NCBI GenBank assembly: GCA_044356215.1
Contig: JBIKWQ010000004.1
Span: 3,748-67,747, forward strand
DNA length: 64,000 nt
Direction: 5' to 3'
From: Bdellovibrionota bacterium
GTDB lineage: Bacteria; Bdellovibrionota_C; UBA2361; OMII01
Shown: one piece after another, positions 11,123 through 24,004 of the stretch
Layout: each line of letters opens with the position of its first letter
Position numbering within the stretch: position 1 is the first letter of the stretch
Position numbers and translations under genes: made by a program
Notes under the pieces: model-generated
What the model saw: only the letters and a program-made list of their open reading frames with translations
Databases searched by the model: none
Told to the model about the DNA's origin: nothing

Positions 11123-11748
11123 AGCGACTGATGTTACAGCAGATCGAAGCCCATTTTCTATATCGAACGACCGTTGACGTGATGTTTATATCCCTGGGTA
11201 GCTTGACTCAGCATTTTGGGCATGTTACACCCTTTGTCGCGACGAAGTTCTGCGTCCGCTTGCGACAAAACGAAGCTTTAAACAGCATCAAAAAGATCAG
11301 CAGGCGACTGAATGGAAAGGGAAAACCTTTTCTTTCAGATACTTAAATGTGATGCAATGCCGCCCCCGGACGGTACCATCAGAGCAGAAGAGTCGTCAGA
11401 AGGTGTCTCGACTTCCCGAGTAGTTGCGCTCGGCTTTTGTGAAACCATTCTGACCGGGGGACTCGTAAAATTAAAATACTATTCAGCAGAGGCCTTAGTT
11501 GCGGGGTTTTTTGCAAGAAAGTAAGGTTTGTGCGCATTTCGTGTGGCAGGGGATCTGTTATTCCTCCCGGAAATGTGATACTCACCGTGCGGCTTTTGGC
11601 AGGCGCCTCAAAAGGGTAAGTTCTGATTAGGGCGGAGCGCCTTAAAAGGGAACAGGCCAGAAGACGAGTAAGCCGCGATGTCGATCCTGATAAGGGCTCG
11701 GTAGCGCGCTAAACAAGTGTTGTTTAACTTAGAGAAACAGGGCTAGAG

Positions 11749-12120
11749 ATGCCAACGATTAATCAGTTAGTTCGCAGTCGTCGTCGCCAGAAGCGCGCCA
11801 AGAGTAAGTCACCGGCGCTCGTACGATGTCCGCAGAAGCGCGGTGTTTGTACACGTGTTTACACACAGACACCAAAGAAGCCGAATTCAGCTTTGAGAAA
11901 GGTAGCACGTGTGCGCCTGACTACAGGAATGGAGGTAACGAGCTACATTCCTGGTATCGGTCACAACCTTCAGGAGCACTCAGTTGTTCTTATCCGCGGA
12001 GGCCGTGTTAAGGATCTCCCAGGAGTTCGTTATCACATTATTCGCGGAAAGCTTGAGTCTCACGGCGTAGCTGACCGCAAGCAGGGTAGGTCGAAGTACG
12101 GCGCTAAGCGTCCGAAGTAA
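11749..12120 (+). CDS. rpsL: 30S ribosomal protein S12
   Basis: MPTINQLVR...KKPNSALRK...[14 protein letters not shown] signature. Confidence 0.97.
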   Translation: MPTINQLVRSRRRQKRAKSKSPALVRCPQKRGVCTRVYTQTPKKPNSALRKVARVRLTTGMEVTSYIPGIGHNLQEHSVVLIRGGRVKDLPGVRYHIIRGKLESHGVADRKQGRSKYGAKRPK

Positions 12121-12150
12121 GAGGGCATTGGAATTTTAAGTTTTTCGTAA

Positions 12151-12630
<480 letters not shown>

Positions 12631-12676
12631 AAGCGTAAGCTGGTTGGAAGCTTTTTGAGTTTGGAGTTCAAGGATC

Positions 12677-14770
12677 GTGGCTAAGAAGGATTTAAGTAAG
12701 GTTCGTAACATCGGCATCATGGCCCACATTGATGCCGGTAAGACGACTACTACCGAGCGCGTGCTTTTTTACACCGGGATCAATTACAAGATCGGTGAGG
12801 TGCACGAGGGCGCGGCCACGATGGATTACATGGAGCTCGAGCAGGAGCGCGGTATTACTATTACTTCAGCCGCTACTACATGTAAGTGGAAGGGGTCCAA
12901 CAGCGAGTTTCCAGAGCATCAGATTAACGTAATCGATACACCAGGCCATGTAGACTTCACAATAGAAGTAGAGCGCAGCTTGCGCGTACTTGATGGCGCC
13001 GTTGCGGTATTCGATGCTGTAAGCGGTGTAGAGCCTCAGTCAGAGACCGTATGGCGACAGGCAAACAAGTTTAATGTTCCACGTTGCTGCTTCATTAATA
13101 AGATGGATCGCACCGGAGCTGACTTCCATGGAGGAGTTGCCTCTATTCGCGAGAAGCTCGGAGCTAAGGCGGTGCCCATTCAGCTTCCAATCGGAGCCGA
13201 GAGTGAGTTCGCTGGTGTTATCGATCTCGTTGAGATGCGCGCGATCATCTACAAGGATGAGACAAAGGGCGCTAAGTTCGAGGTAGCTGACGTTCCAGCT
13301 GAGATGCGCGCCGAGGCAGAGAAAGCCCGCGAATTCCTTTTAGAGTGTGTGGCTGAGGCTGACGATGCTCTTATGGAGAAGTATCTTCGTGGAGAAGCCC
13401 TCAGTGTAGCTGAGATTAAGTCTGGTCTTCGCAAGGGAACAATCGCGATGAACTTCTTCCCAGTACTCTGCGGAAGCGCGTTCAAGAACAAGGGCGTTCA
13501 GCCTTTGCTAGATGCGGTAGTTGAGTATTTACCGAGCCCATTAGACATTCCGGCCGTTAAGGGAACTGACCCAAACAGCAAAGGAGAGGTGGTCATCGAG
13601 CGTCAGGCAGATCCAGACGCTCCAGTAGCCGCGTTGGCTTTCAAGATCGTTACTGACCCATATGTTGGTATCCTTACGTTCTTCCGCGTGTATTCAGGTA
13701 CGGTAACAGCGGGAACTTCAATCCTTAACTCAACTCGCGGAAAGCGTGAGCGTGTCGGACGCGTAGTTCGCATGCATGCAGACAAGCGAGAGGAGGTAAA
13801 AGAGGTTGCAGCAGGTGATATCGGAGCAGCAGTGGGTCTTAAGGAGACGATCACGGGTGATACGCTCTGTTGTGAGAACAACCCGATCGTTTTAGAGAGT
13901 ATCCACGCGCCAGCCCCAGTTATCAGCGTAGCGATCGAGCCTAAGACTAAATCCGATGAGGAGAAGATGGGCTTATCGCTAATGAAGTTAGCGAAAGAGG
14001 ATCCATCTCTTAAATTGAGTGTTGATAAAGAGTCCGGACAGACGATCATCTCAGGAATGGGAGAGCTGCACCTTGATATCATCAAGCAGCGCCTCTTCCG
14101 CGAGTTCGGAGTCGATTCTACTGTAGGTAAGCCGCAGGTGGCTTACCGCGAGACTATTCTTAATAAGGCTGAGGCCGAGTGCAAGTACGCTAAGCAGACC
14201 GGTGGTCGCGGACAGTACGGTCACGTACTTCTACGTGTAGAGCCGCTTGAGGCTGGCAAAGGATTTGAGTTTGTTGATGAGATTAAGGGAGGCGTCATCC
14301 CGAAGGAGTACATACCAGCTGTCGAAGACGGAGTAGTCGAGGCCCTCGAAGGGGGTATCTTGGCTGGATTCCCAGTTATCGATATGCGTGTGACACTTTA
14401 CTTCGGAAGCTTCCATGAAGTTGACTCGAGTGAGATCGCCTTCAAGATCGCTGGCTCCATGTGTGTTAAGGATGCTTGCAAGAAGGCGAAGTTACAACTA
14501 CTTGAGCCGATCATGTCGGTTGAGGTGGTGTGTCCCGATGATTTTATCAGCAACATCGTGGGTGACCTGAACCGACGACGCGCAAGAATTCTTGGCATGG
14601 AGCCGAGAGCTGGCGCGCAGACGGTGAAGTGTGAGGTTCCTCTGGCCGAGATGTTCGGCTACTCGACGGATCTCCGCTCAAACTCACAGGGGCGAGCCAC
14701 CTTTACTATGGAGTATCACCACTACGCTGCCGTGCCGACACACGTCATGGAGAGTATGGTGAATAAGTGA
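12677..14770 (+). CDS. fusA: elongation factor G
   Basis: GTPase motifs [21 protein letters not shown]; 697 aa; GTG start. Confidence 0.96.
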   Translation: MAKKDLSKVRNIGIMAHIDAGKTTTTERVLFYTGINYKIGEVHEGAATMDYMELEQERGITITSAATTCKWKGSNSEFPEHQINVIDTPGHVDFTIEVERSLRVLDGAVAVFDAVSGVEPQSETVWRQANKFNVPRCCFINKMDRTGADFHGGVASIREKLGAKAVPIQLPIGAESEFAGVIDLVEMRAIIYKDETKGAKFEVADVPAEMRAEAEKAREFLLECVAEADDALMEKYLRGEALSVAEIKSGLRKGTIAMNFFPVLCGSAFKNKGVQPLLDAVVEYLPSPLDIPAVKGTDPNSKGEVVIERQADPDAPVAALAFKIVTDPYVGILTFFRVYSGTVTAGTSILNSTRGKRERVGRVVRMHADKREEVKEVAAGDIGAAVGLKETITGDTLCCENNPIVLESIHAPAPVISVAIEPKTKSDEEKMGLSLMKLAKEDPSLKLSVDKESGQTIISGMGELHLDIIKQRLFREFGVDSTVGKPQVAYRETILNKAEAECKYAKQTGGRGQYGHVLLRVEPLEAGKGFEFVDEIKGGVIPKEYIPAVEDGVVEALEGGILAGFPVIDMRVTLYFGSFHEVDSSEIAFKIAGSMCVKDACKKAKLQLLEPIMSVEVVCPDDFISNIVGDLNRRRARILGMEPRAGAQTVKCEVPLAEMFGYSTDLRSNSQGRATFTMEYHHYAAVPTHVMESMVNK

Positions 14771-14806
14771 TGTTTTTAATGGTGTCCTAATTAACCGGAG
14801 AGAATA

Positions 14807-16003
14807 ATGTCTAACAAGAAATTTGATAGAACCAAACCACACGTTAACGTTGGTACTATCGGTCACGTTGACCATGGTAAGACCACGACTACAGCCGCGC
14901 TCGTTGCCGTTCAAGCGGCTAAGGGCCTAGCGACTGTAAAGTCGTACAAGGATATCGCTAAGGGTGGAACCGTCCGTGACGATTCCAAGACCGTAACGAT
15001 CGCCAGCGCCCACGTTGAGTACGAGACAGCTAACCGCCACTACGCTCACGTAGATTGCCCGGGCCACGCTGACTACGTAAAGAACATGATTACTGGAGCC
15101 GCTCAGATGGACGGCGCTATTCTAGTAGTAAGTGCCTCTGATGGTCCTATGCCTCAGACTCGTGAGCACATCCTCTTGGCTCGCCAGGTAGGAGTTCCGA
15201 AGATCGTTGTGTTCCTAAATAAGGTTGACACAGTAGATGATCCTGAGTTGCTTGATCTCGTAGAGATGGAGGTTCGTGACCTTCTCTCTGAGTATGACTT
15301 CCCAGGTGCTGATACCCCAGTTATCCGCGGTAGCGCGCTCAAGGCGCTTCAGGGTGAGCAGAGCGATATCGGCGTAGGAGCTTTCGACAAGCTTCTCGCT
15401 ACTATCGACGAGTACATCCCTGTACCACAGCGTGATATCGATAAGCCGTTCCTAATGCCAGTTGAGGATGTATTCTCAATCGCTGGTCGTGGAACAGTAG
15501 CTACAGGACGTATTGAGCGTGGTCGTATCAAGGTTGGTGAGGAAGTTGAGATCGTTGGTCTCCGCGACACAACCAAGACTATTGTTACGGGCGTTGAGAT
15601 GTTCAAGAAGCTTCTCGATGAGGGACATGCTGGCGACAACGTTGGTTGTCTCCTCCGTGGTCTTAAGCGTGATGATGTTGAGCGTGGTCAGGTCCTTTGC
15701 GTGCCTGGCAGCGTAAAGCCGCACAAGAAGTTCAAGGCTGAGGCTTACATCCTTAAGAAGGAAGAGGGTGGACGTCATAAGCCATTCTTCTCCGGATACC
15801 GTCCACAGTTCTTCTTCAGAACAACAGACGTAACCGGTTCCATCAAGCTCCCAGACGGAGTTGAGATGGCGATGCCAGGCGATCATATCAACTTAGATGT
15901 TGAGCTGTATCAGCCAATCGGTATCGAGAAGACTCTCCGTTTCGCTATCCGTGAGGGTGGTAGGACGGTAGGTTCAGGTGTAGTTACCGACATCATCGAG
16001 TAG
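14807..16003 (+). CDS. tuf: elongation factor Tu
   Basis: [21 protein letters not shown] motifs; 398 aa. Confidence 0.97.
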   Translation: MSNKKFDRTKPHVNVGTIGHVDHGKTTTTAALVAVQAAKGLATVKSYKDIAKGGTVRDDSKTVTIASAHVEYETANRHYAHVDCPGHADYVKNMITGAAQMDGAILVVSASDGPMPQTREHILLARQVGVPKIVVFLNKVDTVDDPELLDLVEMEVRDLLSEYDFPGADTPVIRGSALKALQGEQSDIGVGAFDKLLATIDEYIPVPQRDIDKPFLMPVEDVFSIAGRGTVATGRIERGRIKVGEEVEIVGLRDTTKTIVTGVEMFKKLLDEGHAGDNVGCLLRGLKRDDVERGQVLCVPGSVKPHKKFKAEAYILKKEEGGRHKPFFSGYRPQFFFRTTDVTGSIKLPDGVEMAMPGDHINLDVELYQPIGIEKTLRFAIREGGRTVGSGVVTDIIE

Positions 16004-16016
16004 TAATACCGATGCG

Positions 16017-16053
16017 AGCCGCGGCGGCTCTAAAATTCCGCCGCGGCTTTTTG
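16017..16053 (+). terminator. Rho-independent terminator after tuf
   Basis: Perfect 11-bp stem AGCCGCGGCGG/CCGCCGCGGCT with a 10-nt loop, followed by TTTTT. Confidence 0.6.
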
Positions 16054-16117
16054 ATCTGTTTTAAACAAGGTTTTTTAGATCGCTGATTTTCTAAATTCGA
16101 AAGTGTGAGGGTGAGCC

Positions 16118-16432
<315 letters not shown>

Positions 16433-16474
16433 TAACGACGAATCGCTAAAGTTTAAACGAGGGGGGACCTCTTC

Positions 16475-17140
16475 ATGACTACGTCAAAACATTATCCAGA
16501 AGGACTTCTAGGAAAGAAATTGGGAATGACCCAAGTCTTTACCCCAGAGGGCCAGAGTATCCCAGTTACGATTATCCAGGCTGGCCCGTGCTACGTGTTG
16601 GATGTTCGTGGACAGGATGTTCACGGCTACAACGCTGTGCAGTTCGGCTTCGAGCCAAAGAAAGGGCAGCGCTGCACTAAAGCGGAGCTAGGCCAGTTCA
16701 AGAAGGCCGCTCAGGGCGCTTTCTACCACGTTAAAGAGGTCCGCTGTGACGCGCAGGGGCTTGGCTGGAACGAGGTAGGCAAAGAAATTACCGTGTCCGA
16801 TGTATTCAAGGACGGGGAGACAGTTGATGTTTCCGGTGTGTCGATAGGTCGCGGATTCCAGGGAGTTGTTCGCCGTCACGGAATGAAGGGACAGCCAATG
16901 ACACGTGGTACTCACGAAGTTCGTCGTCACGTTGGAGCGATCGGTTGCCGTAAGTTCCCAGGACGTGTTTTTAAGGGACAGAGGATGCCGGGTCGCATGG
17001 GTGGTGAGAACGTAACTGTTCAGAACCTCATGGTGGTAGGTGTTCGTCCAGAAGAGAATATAATCCTTATCAAGGGTGGTATACCTGGCGCTCGCGGAAG
17101 CTTAGTTGTGATCCGCAAGGCGATTAAGGGTGGGAAATAA
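16475..17140 (+). CDS. rplC: 50S ribosomal protein L3
   Basis: Position in S10 operon and L3 family signature. Confidence 0.95.
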   Translation: MTTSKHYPEGLLGKKLGMTQVFTPEGQSIPVTIIQAGPCYVLDVRGQDVHGYNAVQFGFEPKKGQRCTKAELGQFKKAAQGAFYHVKEVRCDAQGLGWNEVGKEITVSDVFKDGETVDVSGVSIGRGFQGVVRRHGMKGQPMTRGTHEVRRHVGAIGCRKFPGRVFKGQRMPGRMGGENVTVQNLMVVGVRPEENIILIKGGIPGARGSLVVIRKAIKGGK

Positions 17141-17163
17141 CAGGGGGCAGAGGAGGTATTACT

Positions 17164-17829
17164 ATGACTTCTGATAAAGCAAACGCAAAGATTTATGACG
17201 CCGCAGGCAATGAGAAGGGCTCAGTAGCGCTCACCCCGGCTGTTTTTCAGGCTCAAGTTAAGGCTGAGCTAGTTCATGGGACAGTTCGCTGGCAGCGCGC
17301 TAAGCGCCGCGCCGGTACCCACGATGTTCTCACTCGTAGTGAGATGAAGGGAGGCGGCAAGAAACCTTTCAAGCAGAAGGGGACAGGTAACGCCCGTGCT
17401 GGATCGATCATCTCGCCTCTATGGGTTGGTGGAGCGATCGTTCACGGACCGACTCCGCGCAGCTATGAGTTCCGTATGTCGAAGAAGATGCGCCAAGGAG
17501 CTCTCCGTTCAGCTCTTTCAGCTAAGGCGTCTGAGGGTACTTTCCGCGTTCTCGAGTCTGTATCGGGAGCTACTGGTAAGACTAAAGATGCTGTGGCAAT
17601 GCTTAAGAGCCTTGGTGTTTACGGTTCCAAGACCTTAGTAATCGTTCCAAACGTTGAGTCGGATGAGAAGGGCAAGTTCGTTTTGGGACTGAGGAATATT
17701 GAGAAGGTAACGGTTGTGCCGGTAGCTGGAGTTAACGTGTACGACCTAGTTAACAGCGCTAATGTAGTGTGTGTCCAAGCGGCTTTGGCCGAGCTTGAGG
17801 CGCGCGCTGGAGAGGCGGTTGCCGATTAG
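17164..17829 (+). CDS. rplD: 50S ribosomal protein L4
   Basis: Position and family similarity. Confidence 0.93.
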   Translation: MTSDKANAKIYDAAGNEKGSVALTPAVFQAQVKAELVHGTVRWQRAKRRAGTHDVLTRSEMKGGGKKPFKQKGTGNARAGSIISPLWVGGAIVHGPTPRSYEFRMSKKMRQGALRSALSAKASEGTFRVLESVSGATGKTKDAVAMLKSLGVYGSKTLVIVPNVESDEKGKFVLGLRNIEKVTVVPVAGVNVYDLVNSANVVCVQAALAELEARAGEAVAD

Positions 17830-17863
17830 TTGTTTTTGAGGCGAGCTTAATAGAGGTATAATT

Positions 17864-18190
17864 ATGGCTAATAAGAAGAATCAAACAGCCGCTGCAGCGA
17901 GTGTAAACGATTACGCTGTACTTCTTTCTCCTGTAATCAGCGAGAAGGGTGCTCTCGTCGGTGAGTCCGGAAGGGTGGTTACTCTCCGAGTTGACCCACG
18001 CGCTACCAAGGAGGATATCCGAGGAGCCGTTGAGAGAGTGTTCTCAGTGAAGGTGGACGGTGTGAGAACCTGCACATTTCAAGGCAAGCTCAAGCGCACA
18101 GCGCGTGGGAGTGGCCGTCGTGCTGGTTACAAAAAGGCGTATGTCACTTTGGCCCAGGGAAGCAAGATTGACCTGGTAGAGGGACTTTAA
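17864..18190 (+). CDS. rplW: 50S ribosomal protein L23
   Basis: Position and family similarity. Confidence 0.9.
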   Translation: MANKKNQTAAAASVNDYAVLLSPVISEKGALVGESGRVVTLRVDPRATKEDIRGAVERVFSVKVDGVRTCTFQGKLKRTARGSGRRAGYKKAYVTLAQGSKIDLVEGL

Positions 18191-18234
18191 TTTAGGGATT
18201 TGGTAAGGGCTTAAATCAAGTAAGAGGCTAAGCT

Positions 18235-19059
18235 ATGGCTGTTAAGAGTTTCAGACCAACAACACCGAGCCGTCGTTATCTGACGGTTTCGGATTTCTCG
18301 GAGATTACAACCGATAGGCCAGAGAAGGGCCTCTTGGCTAAGTACTCCAGCACCGGAGGACGTAATAACTACGGCCGTAACACCAACATCAACAAAGGTG
18401 GTGGTCACAAGCGTCGTTACCGTCTAATCGACTTTCGCCGTGATAAGGCAGGTATCAACGGAACTGTTACATCAGTTGAGTACGATCCGAATCGTACTGC
18501 CCGTATCGCCTTGGTAACTTATACTGATGGAGAGAAGCGTTACATCTTAGCTCCTCAGGGTCTTTTTGTTGGCCAAGTCATTAGTGCTGGTCCAGACGCG
18601 GAGATTAAGCCAGGAAACGCGCTCCCGCTGAAGTCGATTCCTCTCGGAGAGAATATTCACAACGTTGAGCTAAAGATCAAAGGTGGCGCGCAGTTAGTGC
18701 GTTCCGCAGGAGCGGCTGCTCAGCTCGTGGCTAAGGAAGGTGATTACGCGACGGTAAAATTACCGTCCGGAGAGATGCGTAAGGTATCGGTTGAGTGCTA
18801 TGCTTCAATCGGTTCAGTAAGCAATCCAGACCACCAGAACCGGGTGCTTGGTAAGGCGGGAAGGAGCCGTTGGCTTAACCGTCGTCCACACAATCGTGGA
18901 GTTACCAAGAACCCAGTTGACCATCCTATGGGTGGAGGAGAAGGAAAGTCCAAGGGTGGAAGACATCCATGTTCTCGTACAGGTCTGTTGGCGAAGGGTC
19001 TCAAGACTCGCACCAACAAGCGTACACAGAAGTTTATTGTTCGTAAGCGTACTAAGTAG
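18235..19059 (+). CDS. rplB: 50S ribosomal protein L2
   Basis: GRNN.GR...[15 protein letters not shown] signature. Confidence 0.96.
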   Translation: MAVKSFRPTTPSRRYLTVSDFSEITTDRPEKGLLAKYSSTGGRNNYGRNTNINKGGGHKRRYRLIDFRRDKAGINGTVTSVEYDPNRTARIALVTYTDGEKRYILAPQGLFVGQVISAGPDAEIKPGNALPLKSIPLGENIHNVELKIKGGAQLVRSAGAAAQLVAKEGDYATVKLPSGEMRKVSVECYASIGSVSNPDHQNRVLGKAGRSRWLNRRPHNRGVTKNPVDHPMGGGEGKSKGGRHPCSRTGLLAKGLKTRTNKRTQKFIVRKRTK

Positions 19060-19076
19060 TCGAGTAGGGGGAAGCT

Positions 19077-19346
19077 ATGGCTCGTTCCATTAAGAAGGGA
19101 CCATTTGTAGATAACAGTTTGCTCAAGTGGATTGAGCGCGCTAAGTCGGGGGCTCATAAGGGGCCAATCAAGACTTGGTCACGTCGCTCAACGATCACTC
19201 CGGATATGATCGGATTGACGTTCGCGGTCCACAACGGCAAGAAGTTCAACGCCGTGTTTGTTACCGAGAATATGATCGGGCACAAGTTGGGAGAGTTCTC
19301 CCCAACCCGAACATTCCACGGTCACTCAGCGAAGGCGGCGGCCTAG
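19077..19346 (+). CDS. rpsS: 30S ribosomal protein S19
   Basis: SIKKGPFVD...NGKKF signature. Confidence 0.95.
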   Translation: MARSIKKGPFVDNSLLKWIERAKSGAHKGPIKTWSRRSTITPDMIGLTFAVHNGKKFNAVFVTENMIGHKLGEFSPTRTFHGHSAKAAA

Positions 19347-19374
19347 TAAGTTTTTAGCGTGTAAGTGAAGGTCA

Positions 19375-19752
19375 TTGGCTATGGCTAAGAAGACAAAAAA
19401 TCAGGGAAGCAATAATAGCGAGGTAGCGACAGCTACGTTGCGTCACATCAGGATGTCGCCTCGCAAGGCTCGTCTGGTTGTAGATTTAATCCGTGGAAAA
19501 CAGGTTGAGCCAGCTTTGGCTATCCTGAAGTTCTCTCCTAAGAAGGGTGCTAAGTTGGCTCTAAAGCTGTTGCAGTCGGCGATCGCTAACGCTAGGGAGC
19601 AGCAGCGCGCGGATGTTGATACTCTTTGGGTTACTAAGAGTTGGGTAGACGAGGGGCGTACTCTTAAGCGTTATATGCCTGCAGCTCACGGTCGCGCTAA
19701 TCCGATTCGTAAGCGTTCGTCGCACATGACGATTGTGGTCGGTGAGAAATAA
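19375..19752 (+). CDS. rplV: 50S ribosomal protein L22
   Basis: Family similarity; TTG 19375 or ATG 19381 start. Confidence 0.92.
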   Translation: MAMAKKTKNQGSNNSEVATATLRHIRMSPRKARLVVDLIRGKQVEPALAILKFSPKKGAKLALKLLQSAIANAREQQRADVDTLWVTKSWVDEGRTLKRYMPAAHGRANPIRKRSSHMTIVVGEK

Positions 19753-19775
19753 GTTTTTAGGAAGGGAGTTCTGTT

Positions 19776-20438
19776 ATGGGACAAAAAGTTAGTCCACGCG
19801 GTTTGCGATTAGGTATCATCGAGGGCTGGAGATCAAAGTGGTTCGCCTCTAAGGATATCGCCAAGTACATCGGCGAGGATGTTAAGATCCGTAAGTTCGT
19901 CAAGGATAAGTTGCATGCCGCTGGTATCGCTAAAGTGGAGATCGAGCGTGCTGCAGCCCGTGTTAAGGTAAATATCTATACCGCTAAGCCCGGTTTGGTA
20001 ATCGGTAAGAAGGGCAAGGACATTGAGGATCTTCGAAAGGACCTTAAGAACCTTGTTAAGCGCGATGTAAACTTGAGTATCATTGAGGCTCGCAAGGCTG
20101 ATATGGACGCTCAGTTAGTAGCTGAAGGGATCGCTTTTCAGCTAGAGCGTCGTGTTAACTTCCGTCGCGCTATGAAGGACGCGGTTGGAAGAGCTCAGCG
20201 TGTAGGAGCAGAGGGAATCAAGATCCGTGTTTCTGGTCGTTTGAATGGAGCGGAGATCGCTCGTACTGAGGCGACTAAAGAGGGACGTGTCCCACTTCAT
20301 ACTTTACGTGCTGATATTGATTACGGTTTCGCTGAGGCGAGCACAACGTACGGTATCATCGGCGTTAAAGTTTGGGTCTTCAAAGGTGAGAAGTTCGCCC
20401 CAGGTGAGGAGCCTGCGGGAGAGGCTATTCAGATGTAA
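19776..20438 (+). CDS. rpsC: 30S ribosomal protein S3
   Basis: [14 protein letters not shown] signature, KH domain. Confidence 0.96.
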   Translation: MGQKVSPRGLRLGIIEGWRSKWFASKDIAKYIGEDVKIRKFVKDKLHAAGIAKVEIERAAARVKVNIYTAKPGLVIGKKGKDIEDLRKDLKNLVKRDVNLSIIEARKADMDAQLVAEGIAFQLERRVNFRRAMKDAVGRAQRVGAEGIKIRVSGRLNGAEIARTEATKEGRVPLHTLRADIDYGFAEASTTYGIIGVKVWVFKGEKFAPGEEPAGEAIQM

Positions 20439-20474
20439 GGTCGGATCGGCCACAAAGAGTATTCGGAGTAGAGT

Positions 20475-20900
20475 ATGTTACAGCCAAAGAAACCACGTTA
20501 TCGCAAGCAGATGAAGCTTTACCGTCACCTTAAGATTAAGGAGACGCGAGGATGCACACTTGAGTTCGGTGAGTTCGGCCTCCGCGCTATGGAAGCTGGA
20601 TGGATTACCAATCGTCAGATCGAGGCAGCTCGTCAGACGATGGTTCGTCACCTCAAGCGTGGCGGAAAGGTCTGGATCAAGGTCTTCCCGGATAAGCCAC
20701 TTACCAAGAAGCCTGCTGAAGTGCGTATGGGTAAGGGAAAGGGTTCCGTGGAGACTTGGGTAGCTGAGGTTAAGTCTGGGCGTCTGATGTACGAGGTTAC
20801 GGGGGTTGCCGAGAAGATAGCAGTTGAGGCTTTGGAGTTGGCGGCCGCTAAGCTGCCGATAAAGACTAAGGTAGTAATCCGTAGCAGCACCTTGATTTAA
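20475..20900 (+). CDS. rplP: 50S ribosomal protein L16
   Basis: [12 protein letters not shown] signature. Confidence 0.96.
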   Translation: MLQPKKPRYRKQMKLYRHLKIKETRGCTLEFGEFGLRAMEAGWITNRQIEAARQTMVRHLKRGGKVWIKVFPDKPLTKKPAEVRMGKGKGSVETWVAEVKSGRLMYEVTGVAEKIAVEALELAAAKLPIKTKVVIRSSTLI

Positions 20901-21007
20901 AGCCGAGAAACCGGCATATTGCGGCCTCGTTTTTGTAAAAGCAGGCGGCGAGATAGTCGATTAGTGCTTGGTGCATGATTACGAACAGAAAGAAGTAGGT
21001 AAGAGTT

Positions 21008-21217
21008 ATGAAGCGCAAGGATTTTCTAAAGGAAATCAACGGTTTGGATGCGGTGGCGCTCCAAGAGAAGGCGAATAAGTTGGCTGAGGAGCAGATGCGC
21101 CTACGCTTTAAGCAAGCGTCAAAGCAGCTGGACAAGTCTCACCTTCTTAAGAGCAACAGGAAGGAGTTAGCTCGGGTGCAGACAGCTCTGACCCAAAAAA
21201 AGAGCAAAGCCGCGTAG
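21008..21217 (+). CDS. rpmC: 50S ribosomal protein L29
   Basis: 69-aa helical protein in canonical position; unusual 107-bp spacer after rplP. Confidence 0.85.
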   Translation: MKRKDFLKEINGLDAVALQEKANKLAEEQMRLRFKQASKQLDKSHLLKSNRKELARVQTALTQKKSKAA

Positions 21218-21287
21218 TTGTGGAGTTTGCTTAAGAAACTAAGTATTTAGATAATGAGTGCGGTAATTAGGTAGTGCGAGAAGCTTT

Positions 21288-21608
21288 ATGGCAGAGACAA
21301 AGAAAGAGGCAGTAAAAGCCAAGTCAGAGCAAACGGAGGCATCAACAGACGCCACGACTAGAGGTTTGCGGAAGACCCAGGACGGTATCGTTGTGAGCAG
21401 CAAGATGGACAAGACGATCGTTGTATCGGTCGTTAGGCAGGTTCGTCACTCGACGTACGGAAAGTTCGTTCGTAGGACTAAGAAGTTCTACGCTCACGAT
21501 GAGTCAAACCAGTGTGGAATTGGTGACCGTGTGCGGATCGTTGAAGCGAGGCCGCTGAGCAAGTTGAAGAGGTGGAAGTTAGAGTCCGTTCTCAAGAAGG
21601 CTGAGTAA
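21288..21608 (+). CDS. rpsQ: 30S ribosomal protein S17 with ~25-aa N-terminal extension
   Basis: [14 protein letters not shown]...[11 protein letters not shown] signature. Confidence 0.9.
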   Translation: MAETKKEAVKAKSEQTEASTDATTRGLRKTQDGIVVSSKMDKTIVVSVVRQVRHSTYGKFVRRTKKFYAHDESNQCGIGDRVRIVEARPLSKLKRWKLESVLKKAE

Positions 21609-21637
21609 CGGGTAAATTTTATTAGGCGGTACAGGTT

Positions 21638-22006
21638 ATGATTCAGCTTAAATCTTTGCTCGAGGTAGCGGATAACTCGGGCGCTAGAAAAGTTATTTGC
21701 GTTAAGGTGCTCGGCGGTAGCCGTCGTCGGTACGCGAGTGTTGGCGATGTCGTGGTGGTAGCGGTTCGTGAGGCGACTCCGAATTCTAAGATCGCCAAGG
21801 GGTCAGTTCACAAGGCGGTGGTTGTTCGGACAGCCAAAGAGGTTAGTCGTGAAGATGGGTCTTACATCCGCTTCGACGATAACAGCGTGGTTTTGATCGA
21901 TGATTCTTCAGAGCCGAAAGGTACTCGTATCTTCGGCCCAGTAGCTCGTGAGCTACGTGGTAAGAAGTTCATGAAGATCGTTTCGTTGGCTCCGGAAGTT
22001 CTGTAG
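21638..22006 (+). CDS. rplN: 50S ribosomal protein L14
   Basis: [17 protein letters not shown] signature. Confidence 0.96.
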   Translation: MIQLKSLLEVADNSGARKVICVKVLGGSRRRYASVGDVVVVAVREATPNSKIAKGSVHKAVVVRTAKEVSREDGSYIRFDDNSVVLIDDSSEPKGTRIFGPVARELRGKKFMKIVSLAPEVL

Positions 22007-22024
22007 TAGGTGAGGAGGTAAGTC

Positions 22025-22420
22025 GTGGCTGCTAAGAAAGCAAAGAAGCAAGAGGTTAAGAAGGTTCCTACCTTCCTCAAGAAGGGTGACCCGGTGATGG
22101 TTATCGCTGGTGGAAACAAGAACAAGAGGGCGATCAAGGGCCAGGTGTCGAAGATCAAGGCGATTGTTGGCGATAAGTGCGACAGGGTAATCCTTGATGG
22201 CTTGAACCTGTTTACACGCCATAAGCGCGCCACAGCTCCAGGAGAGCAGGGCGGCAAGATTCAAGTTGAGAGGTCTGTTCACATCTCGAACGTAATGTAT
22301 TACGTCGAGGCGCTGAAGCGTCCTGTTCGTTTAGTGAAGGATGTAACCGCTGACGGCAAGCGTGTTCGTGGTTACAGAGATCCGAAGAGTGACAAGTTCG
22401 TCCAGCTTGAGGCGAAGTAG
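22025..22420 (+). CDS. rplX: 50S ribosomal protein L24
   Basis: [14 protein letters not shown] motif; GTG start. Confidence 0.92.
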   Translation: MAAKKAKKQEVKKVPTFLKKGDPVMVIAGGNKNKRAIKGQVSKIKAIVGDKCDRVILDGLNLFTRHKRATAPGEQGGKIQVERSVHISNVMYYVEALKRPVRLVKDVTADGKRVRGYRDPKSDKFVQLEAK

Positions 22421-22427
22421 AGGTAAT

Positions 22428-22970
22428 ATGAATCGTTTATCTGAGCATTACACACAGGTAGTAGTACCAGCTTTGATGAAGAAGTTTAACTACTCTTCAC
22501 CGATGCAGGTTCCAAAAATTGAGAAGATAGTCTTGAACACTGGAGTTCGCGACGCTGTCAACAACTCAAAGGCTATTCAGTTTGTTGAGTACGCGATGAA
22601 TCGCATCAGCGGCCAGAAGCCAGTGGTGACACGAGCTAAGAAGTCCATTGCGGCTTTCAAGTTGCGTGAGGGGCTTCCGATCGGAGTTATGGTAACGATG
22701 CGCAAGCGTCGCATGTATGACTTCTTGGATCGGTTTGTTTCAGTAGTGTTGCCGCGAGTGCGTGACTTCCGGGGTGTGCCTCGTAAGGGATTCGATGGTC
22801 GTGGTAACTACACGATGGGACTTAAGGAGCAGATCGTATTTCCGGAGGTTGAGATCGATAAGCTCGACCAGATTCGTGGATTGGATATCACCTTCGTCAC
22901 TTCGGCGAAATCGGACGAAGAGGGTTTCGAGTTATTAGAGTTAATGGGAATGCCATTCCGTAAGAATTAA
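22428..22970 (+). CDS. rplE: 50S ribosomal protein L5
   Basis: MNRLSEHY start preceded by GAGGTAA; the six-frame ORF extends upstream to 22362 but overlaps rplX. Confidence 0.93.
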   Translation: MNRLSEHYTQVVVPALMKKFNYSSPMQVPKIEKIVLNTGVRDAVNNSKAIQFVEYAMNRISGQKPVVTRAKKSIAAFKLREGLPIGVMVTMRKRRMYDFLDRFVSVVLPRVRDFRGVPRKGFDGRGNYTMGLKEQIVFPEVEIDKLDQIRGLDITFVTSAKSDEEGFELLELMGMPFRKN

Positions 22971-22984
22971 TCGAGGTAGGTGTT

Positions 22985-23383
22985 ATGATAAACGATCACG
23001 TGTCAGATATGATCACCCGGATCAGAAACGGTCAACGTGCTGGTCACAGATCAGTGTTGGTGACCTCTTCTAAGATGAATAAGAGCATCTTAGAGGTGCT
23101 AAAGCGCGAGGGGTTGATCGAGGGATTTGAGGGAGCCGAGGATGCTAACAAGCGATCAGCTCTAAGAGTAGGTCTGAAGTACTACACAAGTGGTAAGCCG
23201 ATGATCTCGCGCGTTGAGCGCGTATCAAAGCCTGGCTGCAGGAAGTATTTCGAAGTTGAGAGCTTGCCGAAGGTTAGCAGCGGTCTTGGAATCGCAATCG
23301 TGTCTACCTCCAAAGGAGTTATGACGGATAACGAGGCTCGCAGAAGCAAGGTCGGTGGAGAGGTTATAGCTCTAGTTGGATAG
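22985..23383 (+). CDS. rpsH: 30S ribosomal protein S8
   Basis: DMITRIRNGQ signature; follows rplE after only 14 bp, so no S14 gene lies between them. Confidence 0.95.
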   Translation: MINDHVSDMITRIRNGQRAGHRSVLVTSSKMNKSILEVLKREGLIEGFEGAEDANKRSALRVGLKYYTSGKPMISRVERVSKPGCRKYFEVESLPKVSSGLGIAIVSTSKGVMTDNEARRSKVGGEVIALVG

Positions 23384-23431
23384 AGTTTTTTCGCGATGAG
23401 AGTCGCGTCTTGATTTGTTAAGAGGTGTCGT

Positions 23432-23968
23432 ATGTCACGTATCGGAAAGTTGCCAGTAGCGCTTCCACAAGGGGTTAAGGGCGCGGTTTCGGGCTCTGTA
23501 GTGTCAGTAGAGGGCCCTAAGGGTAAGCTATCTTACAATGTAAGGCCTGGGGTGAAAGTTGAGCTTAATGACGGCAAGTTCGCTGTTTCATTGGTTGGAA
23601 CTGATGCTCAATCGAAAGCTGATTACGGAACAACACGCGCTACGATCAACAACATGGTCAAGGGCGTTAGTACCGGATGGAAGAAGAGCCTTGAGCTCAA
23701 CGGAGTAGGTTACGTCGCGAAGTTGCAAGGCAAGAATCTTGTTCTTAGTGTTGGTTTCTCACACGATGTCACGATGGTGATTCCTGACGCGGTGAAATGC
23801 ACAGTAGGTAAGAACGTAATCGACCTCGAGTCAAATGACCGTGAGGTCTTGGGAACGTTCGCGGCTAAGGTGCGTGATGTTCAGCCTCCAGAGCCTTACT
23901 TGGGTAAGGGTATCAAGTACTCAGATGAGAAGGTTCGTCGTAAGGCTGGTAAGACAGGTAAGAAGTAA
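23432..23968 (+). CDS. rplF: 50S ribosomal protein L6
   Basis: MSRIGKLPVALPQGV signature. Confidence 0.95.
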   Translation: MSRIGKLPVALPQGVKGAVSGSVVSVEGPKGKLSYNVRPGVKVELNDGKFAVSLVGTDAQSKADYGTTRATINNMVKGVSTGWKKSLELNGVGYVAKLQGKNLVLSVGFSHDVTMVIPDAVKCTVGKNVIDLESNDREVLGTFAAKVRDVQPPEPYLGKGIKYSDEKVRRKAGKTGKK

Positions 23969-24004
23969 TAGGTAGCTTAAGAAGCAGTTAGGAGTGGGGG
24001 CCGT

